A DNA stretch of 64,000 nt from a virus: the IMG/VR virus record IMGVR_UViG_3300027977_000007. One strand, given 5' to 3'. The notes under the pieces are model-generated. The model made no database searches, was not told where the DNA came from, and saw only the letters and a list, made by a program, of their open reading frames with translations. Shown here one piece after another: positions 28,991 through 37,218 of this stretch (its first letter is position 1; the number at the start of each line of letters is the position of its first letter). The position numbers were made by a program, and so were the translations under genes.

Positions 28991-30556
28991 TTAAAAACTT
29001 TCTAAGCTACTTCGTTTCCAACCATTAGTAGTCTTAATATATATGTGGTTATCATCCATAGTGATATTACCTACATTACCATATGTATCGTTAGATGATG
29101 TAGGTGTATATGCTGGTATTGATAATGAATTTGGTTTAAAATCATTATTTGTTGTCCAATTACCATCATTATCTATTACTAGGGTTGCTGGTGTATCATT
29201 GTTAATACCATGTAAGACACTAATACCGCCACCAATGGCTGTTTCTTTAGTTCCACCATAGTTTAAATCGATATTATTGTCTTCAGCAATGATACTTTGT
29301 GTTTGTAGGTATGTATTTGTAACATTTGACCCACCACTGTACATTTCTTTTACGGCCTCAACCAATAAAGCGGTTATATCCTTGTACTGAACACCTAAAT
29401 AATTGTCGGAACCACTAGTAAATGTCAATTCTGGTACGATATTATTAACTTCTTGTGCAATAAAACCATATCTAACACCATCACCACCAGCATTTCTATC
29501 TTTCCAGTTATATGTTACGCCTCTAAGGTTAAGAACCTTATCTAAAGCGTTAGTTATAACCATTACATTTTCCTTAAGACGTATATCTGAAGCTTGATTT
29601 ACTACGTTACCGTTAGCATCGACACCAATATCAGTTGCACCTGGTCCAGCACCGATTGTTTTTATGTTTAAGCTATTAACATACGTAAAATTGTTGCTCG
29701 TACCAGTTATATTATCACCCAAAACAATTGAACCATCACCACCAGCTATACTATTTTGACCATGTACGAAGCTAGTTAAGCCACTTGCAATTGATGAATA
29801 ACCACCAGCATGTGAATAACCACCAATTGCATTATTTTGATGACCTTCAGTTAATGAATATTCACCAAGAGCCACTGATTCCCGATTAATTATTGATATA
29901 CCAGTATTAATTGAGCCAGTAGTTGCCGACCAATAACCACTACCAGCTCCAGTAACAGACCATTGACCCTTACCTTCAGTGTTGGCACAAGTCCAAACAT
30001 ACCCCACTTGCGGTGACTTCGTTATTATCAAATCTTCGGTTCTAGTAATACCCACGGTATCAACCCATATTGTACGACCAGAATAATCCAGTCCATTAGC
30101 GCTAATAAATTGTAAAGCATTGGTAAATATCGTTCCACTATATGCCCCAGCACCTAAGTTAGTCATAGATGTTACGAATACATCATAACTAACACCACTA
30201 TAATTGACATAATAATTATAACCGTCAACAGTTGTAGCTGATGTAACACCAACAAAGTACCCATCAACATTTTGTGTTGTAGCACTGTTTGTTGGTGTAA
30301 TAGCGGATAGCGTTGATTGAGCAATACTCATGCTTGGATTAGCCCAAGTAAATACCGTTGTACCAGAATTACCTGAAAATGAACTAACTAAACTTAATTG
30401 GGTTTGAGTAATCGCTGTAGTCGTTAAATCTGGGCCAGTTGTTAGTGCACTATAAGCTACACCAAATATAGTACCACCAGATAATATCGTGAAACTCTCT
30501 GGTGATTGTTTGACTTGTCTATTGTTGGAAAAATCTAATTTTGTTCTAAACGACAT
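28991..30556 (-). CDS. Tail fibre/spike with peptidase S74 intramolecular chaperone domain
   Basis: ASDIRLKEN...ALDKVLNLRGVTYNW...YGFIAQEV...VQYKDITALLVEAVKE, with YadA-head-like repeats upstream. Start moved to ATG 30556 (MSFRTKL), downstream of the late motif. Confidence 0.8.
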   Translation of the reverse strand: MSFRTKLDFSNNRQVKQSPESFTILSGGTIFGVAYSALTTGPDLTTTAITQTQLSLVSSFSGNSGTTVFTWANPSMSIAQSTLSAITPTNSATTQNVDGYFVGVTSATTVDGYNYYVNYSGVSYDVFVTSMTNLGAGAYSGTIFTNALQFISANGLDYSGRTIWVDTVGITRTEDLIITKSPQVGYVWTCANTEGKGQWSVTGAGSGYWSATTGSINTGISIINRESVALGEYSLTEGHQNNAIGGYSHAGGYSSIASGLTSFVHGQNSIAGGDGSIVLGDNITGTSNNFTYVNSLNIKTIGAGPGATDIGVDANGNVVNQASDIRLKENVMVITNALDKVLNLRGVTYNWKDRNAGGDGVRYGFIAQEVNNIVPELTFTSGSDNYLGVQYKDITALLVEAVKEMYSGGSNVTNTYLQTQSIIAEDNNIDLNYGGTKETAIGGGISVLHGINNDTPATLVIDNDGNWTTNNDFKPNSLSIPAYTPTSSNDTYGNVGNITMDDNHIYIKTTNGWKRSSLESF

Positions 30557-30616
30557 TTTGTGTGTTTTCTTATAAATATTCTGTCTTTTGATTATATTTA
30601 TAATAAAAGACAAATT

Positions 30617-31093
30617 ATGGCTACATTTAAAAAGAAAGACATAATGGAATTGGTTGGTGGTGATATTTATTCTAACGGTGGTGATAAGAATACCAACGGT
30701 GACAGCGAAATTGAAACTGGTCCAGTACAGAAATCTTATACTGATAATTCTGATTATGAAAAAGGCCAATCAACGACAACGGATAAAGTTACTAGTCGCT
30801 ATCGACAAGATATACCTTGGTTCGCAACATACTCGTATGGTGGTAGGCGAAGCCTTGGTGGGTTACAAGTATATGAATCCAACACAAGGGTTTTAACTAA
30901 AAATTCAGTTGAAGAAAAGATAGAGGACTTGGTTAAAAAAAGCAAAGCAACAGATATAAACCCAAAAGATTATAATCCTAAATTGGCTAATATCTTAGAT
31001 GAAATAAATGATACCGATTTAACTGAGAAACAACTAGAAGAATTAAAAAAAGCTATAGAAGATAAGGTAATGAAAAAACTTAAAAATCTATAA
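30617..31093 (+). CDS. Hypothetical late protein
   Basis: Start moved to ATG 30617 (MATFKKKD), after the late motif at 30594-30601. Confidence 0.6.
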   Translation: MATFKKKDIMELVGGDIYSNGGDKNTNGDSEIETGPVQKSYTDNSDYEKGQSTTTDKVTSRYRQDIPWFATYSYGGRRSLGGLQVYESNTRVLTKNSVEEKIEDLVKKSKATDINPKDYNPKLANILDEINDTDLTEKQLEELKKAIEDKVMKKLKNL

Positions 31094-31094
31094 T

Positions 31095-31547
31095 ATGGCA
31101 AATCAGAATCTAAAGAATAAAACCTATAATTTAGATGGTGATGAATTTAACTATCAAGCATTGGCTATGCAACAGTCTAGATTAAAAAAAGCACAAGAAA
31201 ATTGTCAAAATGATAATGATTGTGGTGAATTTAATAAATTGGGTGGTGTTTCCAAACTTAATCGTTTAGATACAATAATTGGCAAAGAACAAGATGTTGA
31301 TTATCAAAAGAAAAAAGTTGGAATGGATGCTGGTAGAGAAAACCAATTCATAAAAACCCACGAAAAAGATAAGGATAACGCCAATCCAACAGGCATTGGT
31401 GGTATACCTAAAATAAATAAAGGTTCCATTAATAGAAAAATAATGTCTAATAAGGAAGTATATAATGAAAATTTAGATAAAGAAATATATAACATTAGAT
31501 ATTTAATAGAATATATGAATAATAACAATAAAAAACAAAAACTATAA
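31095..31547 (+). CDS. Hypothetical late protein
   Basis: Tightly coupled ORF in the late operon. Confidence 0.6.
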   Translation: MANQNLKNKTYNLDGDEFNYQALAMQQSRLKKAQENCQNDNDCGEFNKLGGVSKLNRLDTIIGKEQDVDYQKKKVGMDAGRENQFIKTHEKDKDNANPTGIGGIPKINKGSINRKIMSNKEVYNENLDKEIYNIRYLIEYMNNNNKKQKL

Positions 31548-31550
31548 GCT

Positions 31551-31934
31551 ATGCCAGTAGGAAGTCCGTATAATGGTGGGCAGTCACCTTTAGAAGCTGC
31601 TGCTATTGCTCAAAGAGCATTTTTAATACCAGCAAACACATATAATAATGCTGCCGCAGCAAATGAATATAGCGCAACGCACACAAGAGCGCTATCAGAT
31701 ACACTTACGCCAATTTATGGTAAGGGTTCTGGACAATTCTTGGATATCGAAAACTATGCTGGTGTTGGTGGTGAATGGGACGTAAACGGTAACCAATCAA
31801 ACTCTGTTGGTTCAGGTAGAAACCCATTATTAACACTAAATAGTGCTACTTGGGGTTATGGGCCAGCTGGCTTGGGTTACAGTGTTTACGTAAGTCCTAA
31901 TACATCATTAAACATAGGTCAAGTAATTATCTAA
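31551..31934 (+). CDS. Hypothetical structural protein
   Basis: Gly/Asn/Ala-rich ORF in the late operon. Confidence 0.55.
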   Translation: MPVGSPYNGGQSPLEAAAIAQRAFLIPANTYNNAAAANEYSATHTRALSDTLTPIYGKGSGQFLDIENYAGVGGEWDVNGNQSNSVGSGRNPLLTLNSATWGYGPAGLGYSVYVSPNTSLNIGQVII

Positions 31935-31935
31935 T

Positions 31936-32397
31936 ATGAAGCTTTACAATTTATACGAAACAGTTATATTAGAAGAAATTGCTAAAAATCGAAGGATTTT
32001 AAGCGAAGGCGCTAGTATTGATGATGTTAACTCAGCTATTGAGGGTAAGTATAATGTAAATATTCTATACCGTGATAATGTAGATACACCACCAAGCAAG
32101 CGTTATATTCAAGTTTATAACTTAAGTAAAACAAAAGCTGGTAATGATGCGATAAGAGCTTATCAAATTTTTGGTGGTTCTAAGACAACACCAAAAACTG
32201 GTGCGTGGAAGATTTTTAGACTTGACAGAATCGAAGGTTGGTACCCAACAAATATGAAGTGGCAAAAACCAGTATCGGATTTAGATTCTAGTATACCTAA
32301 GTATAATCAAAACGGTGATAGAACTATGTCAACGGTTATAAATAAAGTAAACGTAGCTCAAAAACCAGAATTACAACAACAACAACAAGCATTTTAA
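31936..32397 (+). CDS. Stand-alone WYL-like domain protein
   Basis: VNILY...KRYIQVYNL...IRAYQ...WKIFRLDRI matches the WYL/Sm-like signature. Confidence 0.65.
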   Translation: MKLYNLYETVILEEIAKNRRILSEGASIDDVNSAIEGKYNVNILYRDNVDTPPSKRYIQVYNLSKTKAGNDAIRAYQIFGGSKTTPKTGAWKIFRLDRIEGWYPTNMKWQKPVSDLDSSIPKYNQNGDRTMSTVINKVNVAQKPELQQQQQAF

Positions 32398-32398
32398 T

Positions 32399-32992
32399 AT
32401 GGAACAAACACCACCACCAGTAGATATAAACAAATTAAGGGGTATATTAGGTAAGGCTAAACAAGTCATGCATAAAGTAGAAGACACGAAGCCAATAAAA
32501 TCTTCTCCAAACGGCAATAGTTATGTTACTGAAAACTATGAACAAACAAGCCCTATTTATAGTCCTAATGATGAGCGTGAACCAGTTTATGCAACACCTA
32601 CGCTAGCAGATTACAGACCAACAAATACACAACCAGCTAGCTACTCCAAAGAACAAATAATGGCTTCTAACTTACCTCAAGCTATTAAGGAAGCGATGAT
32701 TAATAAACCAATACCACAACTAAGTGGACCTAATCATACATTCTCATTACACGATATTGGCTCATTAGACCCAGAACCAGTACGACAAAAACCAAGAGTG
32801 AATGAGGGTATTGGTCAGAAGCCTAGTAATATGATTACAATTTCTGAAGGTAGATTGAATGAAATGATAGAAGAAAAAGTTAATGAAGTTCTACAGAGAA
32901 TATTACTTAAAAATATAACAGAACAAACAATTAAGAAGACGGTTACTACGCTCATGAGGGAAGGTAAATTAGTAACCAAAAAGAAAATATAA
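32399..32992 (+). CDS. Hypothetical protein (Pro-rich, possibly head-internal/scaffold-like)
   Basis: Last ORF of the operon, before the terminator. Confidence 0.55.
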   Translation: MEQTPPPVDINKLRGILGKAKQVMHKVEDTKPIKSSPNGNSYVTENYEQTSPIYSPNDEREPVYATPTLADYRPTNTQPASYSKEQIMASNLPQAIKEAMINKPIPQLSGPNHTFSLHDIGSLDPEPVRQKPRVNEGIGQKPSNMITISEGRLNEMIEEKVNEVLQRILLKNITEQTIKKTVTTLMREGKLVTKKKI

Positions 32993-32994
32993 TT

Positions 32995-33020
32995 AAAAAG
33001 GCCAAATTTGGCCTTTTTTT
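32995..33020 (+). terminator. Intrinsic terminator
   Basis: AAAAAGGCCAAA/TTTGGCCTTTTT followed by a T-run. Confidence 0.8.
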
Positions 33021-33068
33021 ATTTACTAATGTTTTGGATTAATTATATTAGGGTATTAAACTAATATA

Positions 33069-34334
33069 ATGAAAAAATTAAGAGTCTTAGTAGTCCCTAG
33101 TGACAGAACTGGCGTTAGCCATTTTCGCAGTACAAACCCACATTTAGCGTTGGAAAATAACTATCCAGATGAGTTTCATGTGGATATTGATTATGAACCA
33201 GAATTAGATAATGATGCTTGGTTAAAACAATATGATATAATTCATTATCATAGAACACTAGGACCATATCAAAATATGAAGGCCCTATTGGCTAGGCTAA
33301 AGGCTTTAAATATAGTTACGATAATGGATATTGATGATTATTGGGAGCCTGGAAAACATCACCCAGCATATGAACTAATTAAATCAAGTGGACTAGACGC
33401 TATGATTAAAGCTAATATAGTATTAGCTGAGAACGTAACAACTACCACACCAATATTTGCTGATGAAATAAAGCCACTGAATAAGAATGTTTTTGTTCTA
33501 CCAAATGCAATTAATCCAAAGGAAGAACAATTTACACCTAAGTTGGAACCTTCAGATAAAATACGTATTGGATGGTTAGGTGGTTCCAGTCATAGATATG
33601 ATTTAGAAATTCTAAACGGCTTGGTATCTAAATTACAAACAGCTGGTCTACTCGATAAGATACAATTTGTATTATGTGGCTTCGATACTAGAGGTTCACA
33701 TACAACCATCGACCCAGTTACGAAACAACAAACCGTTAGACCCATAACACCAAAAGAAAGTGTTTGGTATACATATGAGCGTATCTTCACTGATGACTAT
33801 AGAATAGTTAGTCCAGAGTATAAGGAATATCTAATGAAGTTTACTCAAGAGGAATATCCAAATGTTCATAATGAACCATATCGTAGAGTTTGGACCAAAC
33901 ACATATCAACATATGCGACTAATTATAATCTATTTGATATATCACTAGCACCAATCGAAGAACATATTTTTAATAAATGTAAGAGTCAATTAAAGGTAAT
34001 TGAAGCTGGTTTTCATAATAAAGCAATCATTGCCCAAAACTATGGCCCATATCAAATTGATTTAACCAATGCTATCGAATATGGTGGTGTTTTTAATGAT
34101 GAGGCTACTGGTATCTTGATTGATACGAGCAAGAATCATAGTGATTGGTTTAATGCCATTAAGAAGCTTGTTAAGAACCCAGAAATGATTGGAATTCTAC
34201 AAAATAACCTTTCTACTAAGATTAAGGATATTTATTCAATAGATAACGTTACTAAACAGAGAAAAGAACTGTATCAAAGCTTGGTTAGTGAGATGCAAAG
34301 TAAAAAAGAATTAGAGTATGCAAAAGAAAACTAA
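33069..34334 (+). CDS. Glycosyltransferase, GT-B fold (GT4-like)
   Basis: Motifs DIDDYW, VLPNAI, IGWLGGSSH and DISLAPI...FNKCKSQLKVIEAG. Confidence 0.8.
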   Translation: MKKLRVLVVPSDRTGVSHFRSTNPHLALENNYPDEFHVDIDYEPELDNDAWLKQYDIIHYHRTLGPYQNMKALLARLKALNIVTIMDIDDYWEPGKHHPAYELIKSSGLDAMIKANIVLAENVTTTTPIFADEIKPLNKNVFVLPNAINPKEEQFTPKLEPSDKIRIGWLGGSSHRYDLEILNGLVSKLQTAGLLDKIQFVLCGFDTRGSHTTIDPVTKQQTVRPITPKESVWYTYERIFTDDYRIVSPEYKEYLMKFTQEEYPNVHNEPYRRVWTKHISTYATNYNLFDISLAPIEEHIFNKCKSQLKVIEAGFHNKAIIAQNYGPYQIDLTNAIEYGGVFNDEATGILIDTSKNHSDWFNAIKKLVKNPEMIGILQNNLSTKIKDIYSIDNVTKQRKELYQSLVSEMQSKKELEYAKEN

Positions 34335-34995
34335 AAATAATAATTTTTGGGTAAAGCTATATGTATTTTATCTAAGTATTAAAAGTAGATTTTTTATTGA
34401 ACCTTATCTTAGGTACAAAGAAAATACATCTAAAGCCAAAAAACAAAAGGAATATATACGTGGTTTTAATTCTCTTACTGGTGTAGATTACACTAGAGTA
34501 TTATCTATAATGGATAAAGATAAAAATAGACCAGATAATTATTATGAACATATAAATGAAGAATTAACAAAGCATCGTAAATTGATGCAATCTCAAAAAT
34601 TTAGCTATACACCAAAATTTTATGAGCCAGAGATTATTGACATACATAATGAAAACTTAAATCCAAATGCGCCAAGTCTTTTGGAATTGATATACAAGGA
34701 AGAACTAAATGGTTTAAAACAATTGTATAAACAGGAACGGGACCTTGGGTATCATCCACGAAGTTGTTATGCACCTTCATCTAAAACTGAAGACGTAGCA
34801 ATAAAAGCTGCTAAGGTTGAAAGCTTCAATGATTTAGAAACCAAAATAAATAACATTCTTAAATTGGAACATGAATTATCATATATGTCTAAATTTATAC
34901 CTATAATTGGGGTTGCTGGTACCAAAAATGAGATTAAACCAATTAAAAAAAGTTGGTATAAACCTATGGGTAATTTATTTAAAAATAAATCTTAA
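34318..34995 (+). CDS. Hypothetical protein
   Basis: 225-aa ORF, no family recognised. Confidence 0.45.
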   Translation: MQKKTKNNNFWVKLYVFYLSIKSRFFIEPYLRYKENTSKAKKQKEYIRGFNSLTGVDYTRVLSIMDKDKNRPDNYYEHINEELTKHRKLMQSQKFSYTPKFYEPEIIDIHNENLNPNAPSLLELIYKEELNGLKQLYKQERDLGYHPRSCYAPSSKTEDVAIKAAKVESFNDLETKINNILKLEHELSYMSKFIPIIGVAGTKNEIKPIKKSWYKPMGNLFKNKS

Positions 34996-35002
34996 ATCTG
35001 AC

Positions 35003-35033
35003 TTGTTAGTTTGAAAAATTTGTAGTAGCTTTG
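35003..35033 (+). promoter_or_regulatory. Bacteroidota-type sigmaA promoter
   Basis: TTG-N20-TAGCTTTG, upstream of the HD/dUTPase/IMPDH/GT operon. Confidence 0.7.
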
Positions 35034-35067
35034 TAACTATATAACGAGTTATAATAAAAAAATACAA

Positions 35068-35631
35068 ATGGCATTAGACCAAACTAAGATTGTCGCTAAC
35101 ACAAAGAAATATTTTGATACAGCGATAAAGAACGGGTTCATGAACGATGAACTAATGACCTTCCTAGGTGAAGATTTTATAAAGGCACCAGCCTCATCAA
35201 TGACAGAATATCATAATGCTTTTGAAGGTGGTCTAGTTGACCACCTTTTAAGGGTTGCATCGTATGCTGTTAAAATAAACAATGCCTTACCAGAAGAAGA
35301 TAGAGTTGACCAAACATCTTTATTAAAGGTATGTTTATTACACGGCATTGGTAAAGCAAAGCTATATGTACCATGCAAATCTGAATGGCATCGTAAAAAC
35401 TTAGGTAAGATGTATGAGTTTAATGAGGATATCACATCTATGCGTGTTAGTGAACGTAGTGCTTATTATGTATTATCACATGGTATTACACTAACCGATG
35501 AAGAATATGCCGCTATTTTATTCTTCGATAAGACTGACGACAAGATGTCAGAATACCATAACTCAATGGTTGGCGAATTACTTAAGATGGGTAATGTATT
35601 AGCAATCAAAAACGCTCAAAAAAATAATTAA
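35068..35631 (+). CDS. HD-domain protein (YhaM-like), HD motif degenerate
   Basis: APAS...HNAFEGGLVDHLLRV...LLHGIGK. Confidence 0.7.
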   Translation: MALDQTKIVANTKKYFDTAIKNGFMNDELMTFLGEDFIKAPASSMTEYHNAFEGGLVDHLLRVASYAVKINNALPEEDRVDQTSLLKVCLLHGIGKAKLYVPCKSEWHRKNLGKMYEFNEDITSMRVSERSAYYVLSHGITLTDEEYAAILFFDKTDDKMSEYHNSMVGELLKMGNVLAIKNAQKNN

Positions 35632-36206
35632 TGGATACCATCGAAAAAATGAGGTTAAGAATCCAAGAGATTGCTGACCCAAATAATCCATATTCTCAAG
35701 AAGATTTTGACGTTGAGTTTTCAAGCAAAAATTTTACACATGATACCTCTACTTACAAGATAAGTGTTGGTTTTAAGAATGAATCAGATAACCAAGACCC
35801 AGAATACGCAACCTCTGGGTCTTCTGGTTTTGATTTAAGGGCCAATACCCAAACACCAATCATCCTCAAGGCTGGTAATCGAGCCATTATACCAACAGGT
35901 TTGTATTTTGAACTACCAGATAACTTTGAGTTACAAATACGACCACGCAGCGGTCTAGCCGCTAAGAATGGTGTAACAGTGTTAAACACACCAGGTACCG
36001 TTGACGCTGATTATCGTGGTGAAGTTAAGGTGATTTTAATTAATCTATCCACTGAAGATTTCGTTATAAATCATGGCGATAGAATCGCACAAGGTGTACT
36101 AGCAACCGTAACTAGTAAGAATGTTATTAATTTACTAAAACGAGATAATATCTCATCAAACACTGAACGTGGTTCAGGTGGCTTTGGTTCAACAGGTATA
36201 TCATAA
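35631..36206 (+). CDS. dut: dUTPase (trimeric)
   Basis: Motifs SSGFDL, RPRSGLA, GTVDADYRGE, RIAQ and RGSGGFGSTG. Confidence 0.95.
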   Translation: MDTIEKMRLRIQEIADPNNPYSQEDFDVEFSSKNFTHDTSTYKISVGFKNESDNQDPEYATSGSSGFDLRANTQTPIILKAGNRAIIPTGLYFELPDNFELQIRPRSGLAAKNGVTVLNTPGTVDADYRGEVKVILINLSTEDFVINHGDRIAQGVLATVTSKNVINLLKRDNISSNTERGSGGFGSTGIS

Positions 36207-36222
36207 TAAAAACAAATAATAT

Positions 36223-37218
36223 ATGGAAAAATTAGATTTTGATGACTTATTAATTGAGCCAGCTAGTGCAACATCTATAGAGAGTCGTAAAGCTTGTTGG
36301 TTATACCAAGACGCTGGGTATTTACCCTTGATTACAGCACCAATGGATACTGTAATTGATAATGAAAATATGGGGGTATTTGATGATTTGGATATAATCA
36401 CTTGCTTACCTAGAGGTCTTAAAAACCCAAATGGTTTTGAGTCTTATTCATTAAAGGAATTTAATGATGAATTTCTTAATTCTAATCTTAGAACGAATGG
36501 TAAATACCTAATCGATATAGCTAATGGACATATGACCAGTCTATGTGAAACCATCCAAGTGATTAAAAAACATCACCCTACGATGACTATAATGGCTGGA
36601 AATATTGCTAATCCATCAACGTATATTGCATTATCAAATGCTGGTGCTGATTATGTTAGATGTGGTATTGGAAATGGTGCTGGTTGTTCGACCACATTAC
36701 AAACTGGTGTTGGTTACCCAATGGCCTCGCTTATATCTGAATGTTATGAAGCATCATTGAGCTTAGATAAACCAGCATTAATAGTAGCTGACGGTGGTAT
36801 GCAAAAATACGCTGATATTATTAAAGCCTTAGCGTTAGGTGCTGATTATGTTATGGTTGGTAGTCTTTTTAATAAGGCTATTGAATCTTGTGGTGATAAC
36901 TACTTATGGGGTAAGATTAAGGTGTCACAACATATAGCTGAGTTAGCTTACGCTTCAAAGATACCCGTATATAAAAAATTCCGTGGTATGTCAACCAAAG
37001 AAGTCCAAAAAAAATGGGGCAAGGAAACCTTGACAACTTCAGAAGGTGTTATTAGATTTAGAAAGGTTGAATATACCTTAGCTGGATGGACAAGAAACTT
37101 CAAAGATTATCTAAGTTCTGCTATGAGCTATACCAACTCAGATAATTTATCTTACTTTATTGGTCAAGTAAAATTAAATAGAATAACAAATAACGCATAT
37201 AATAGATTTAAGAAATAA
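36223..37218 (+). CDS. IMP dehydrogenase / GMP reductase family (no CBS domains)
   Basis: Motifs FDDLLI, TAPMDTV, IDIANGH, GIGNGAGCST, VADGG, ALALGAD, FRGMS and SEGV. Confidence 0.85.
   Translation: MEKLDFDDLLIEPASATSIESRKACWLYQDAGYLPLITAPMDTVIDNENMGVFDDLDIITCLPRGLKNPNGFESYSLKEFNDEFLNSNLRTNGKYLIDIANGHMTSLCETIQVIKKHHPTMTIMAGNIANPSTYIALSNAGADYVRCGIGNGAGCSTTLQTGVGYPMASLISECYEASLSLDKPALIVADGGMQKYADIIKALALGADYVMVGSLFNKAIESCGDNYLWGKIKVSQHIAELAYASKIPVYKKFRGMSTKEVQKKWGKETLTTSEGVIRFRKVEYTLAGWTRNFKDYLSSAMSYTNSDNLSYFIGQVKLNRITNNAYNRFKK

Noticed and set aside
30557-30769. N-terminal extensions in the ORF track (also 7054-7095, 9754-9774, 30560-30616)
   Set aside because: They overlap promoter motifs, a terminator or the divergent gene; downstream ATGs fit the promoter spacing.
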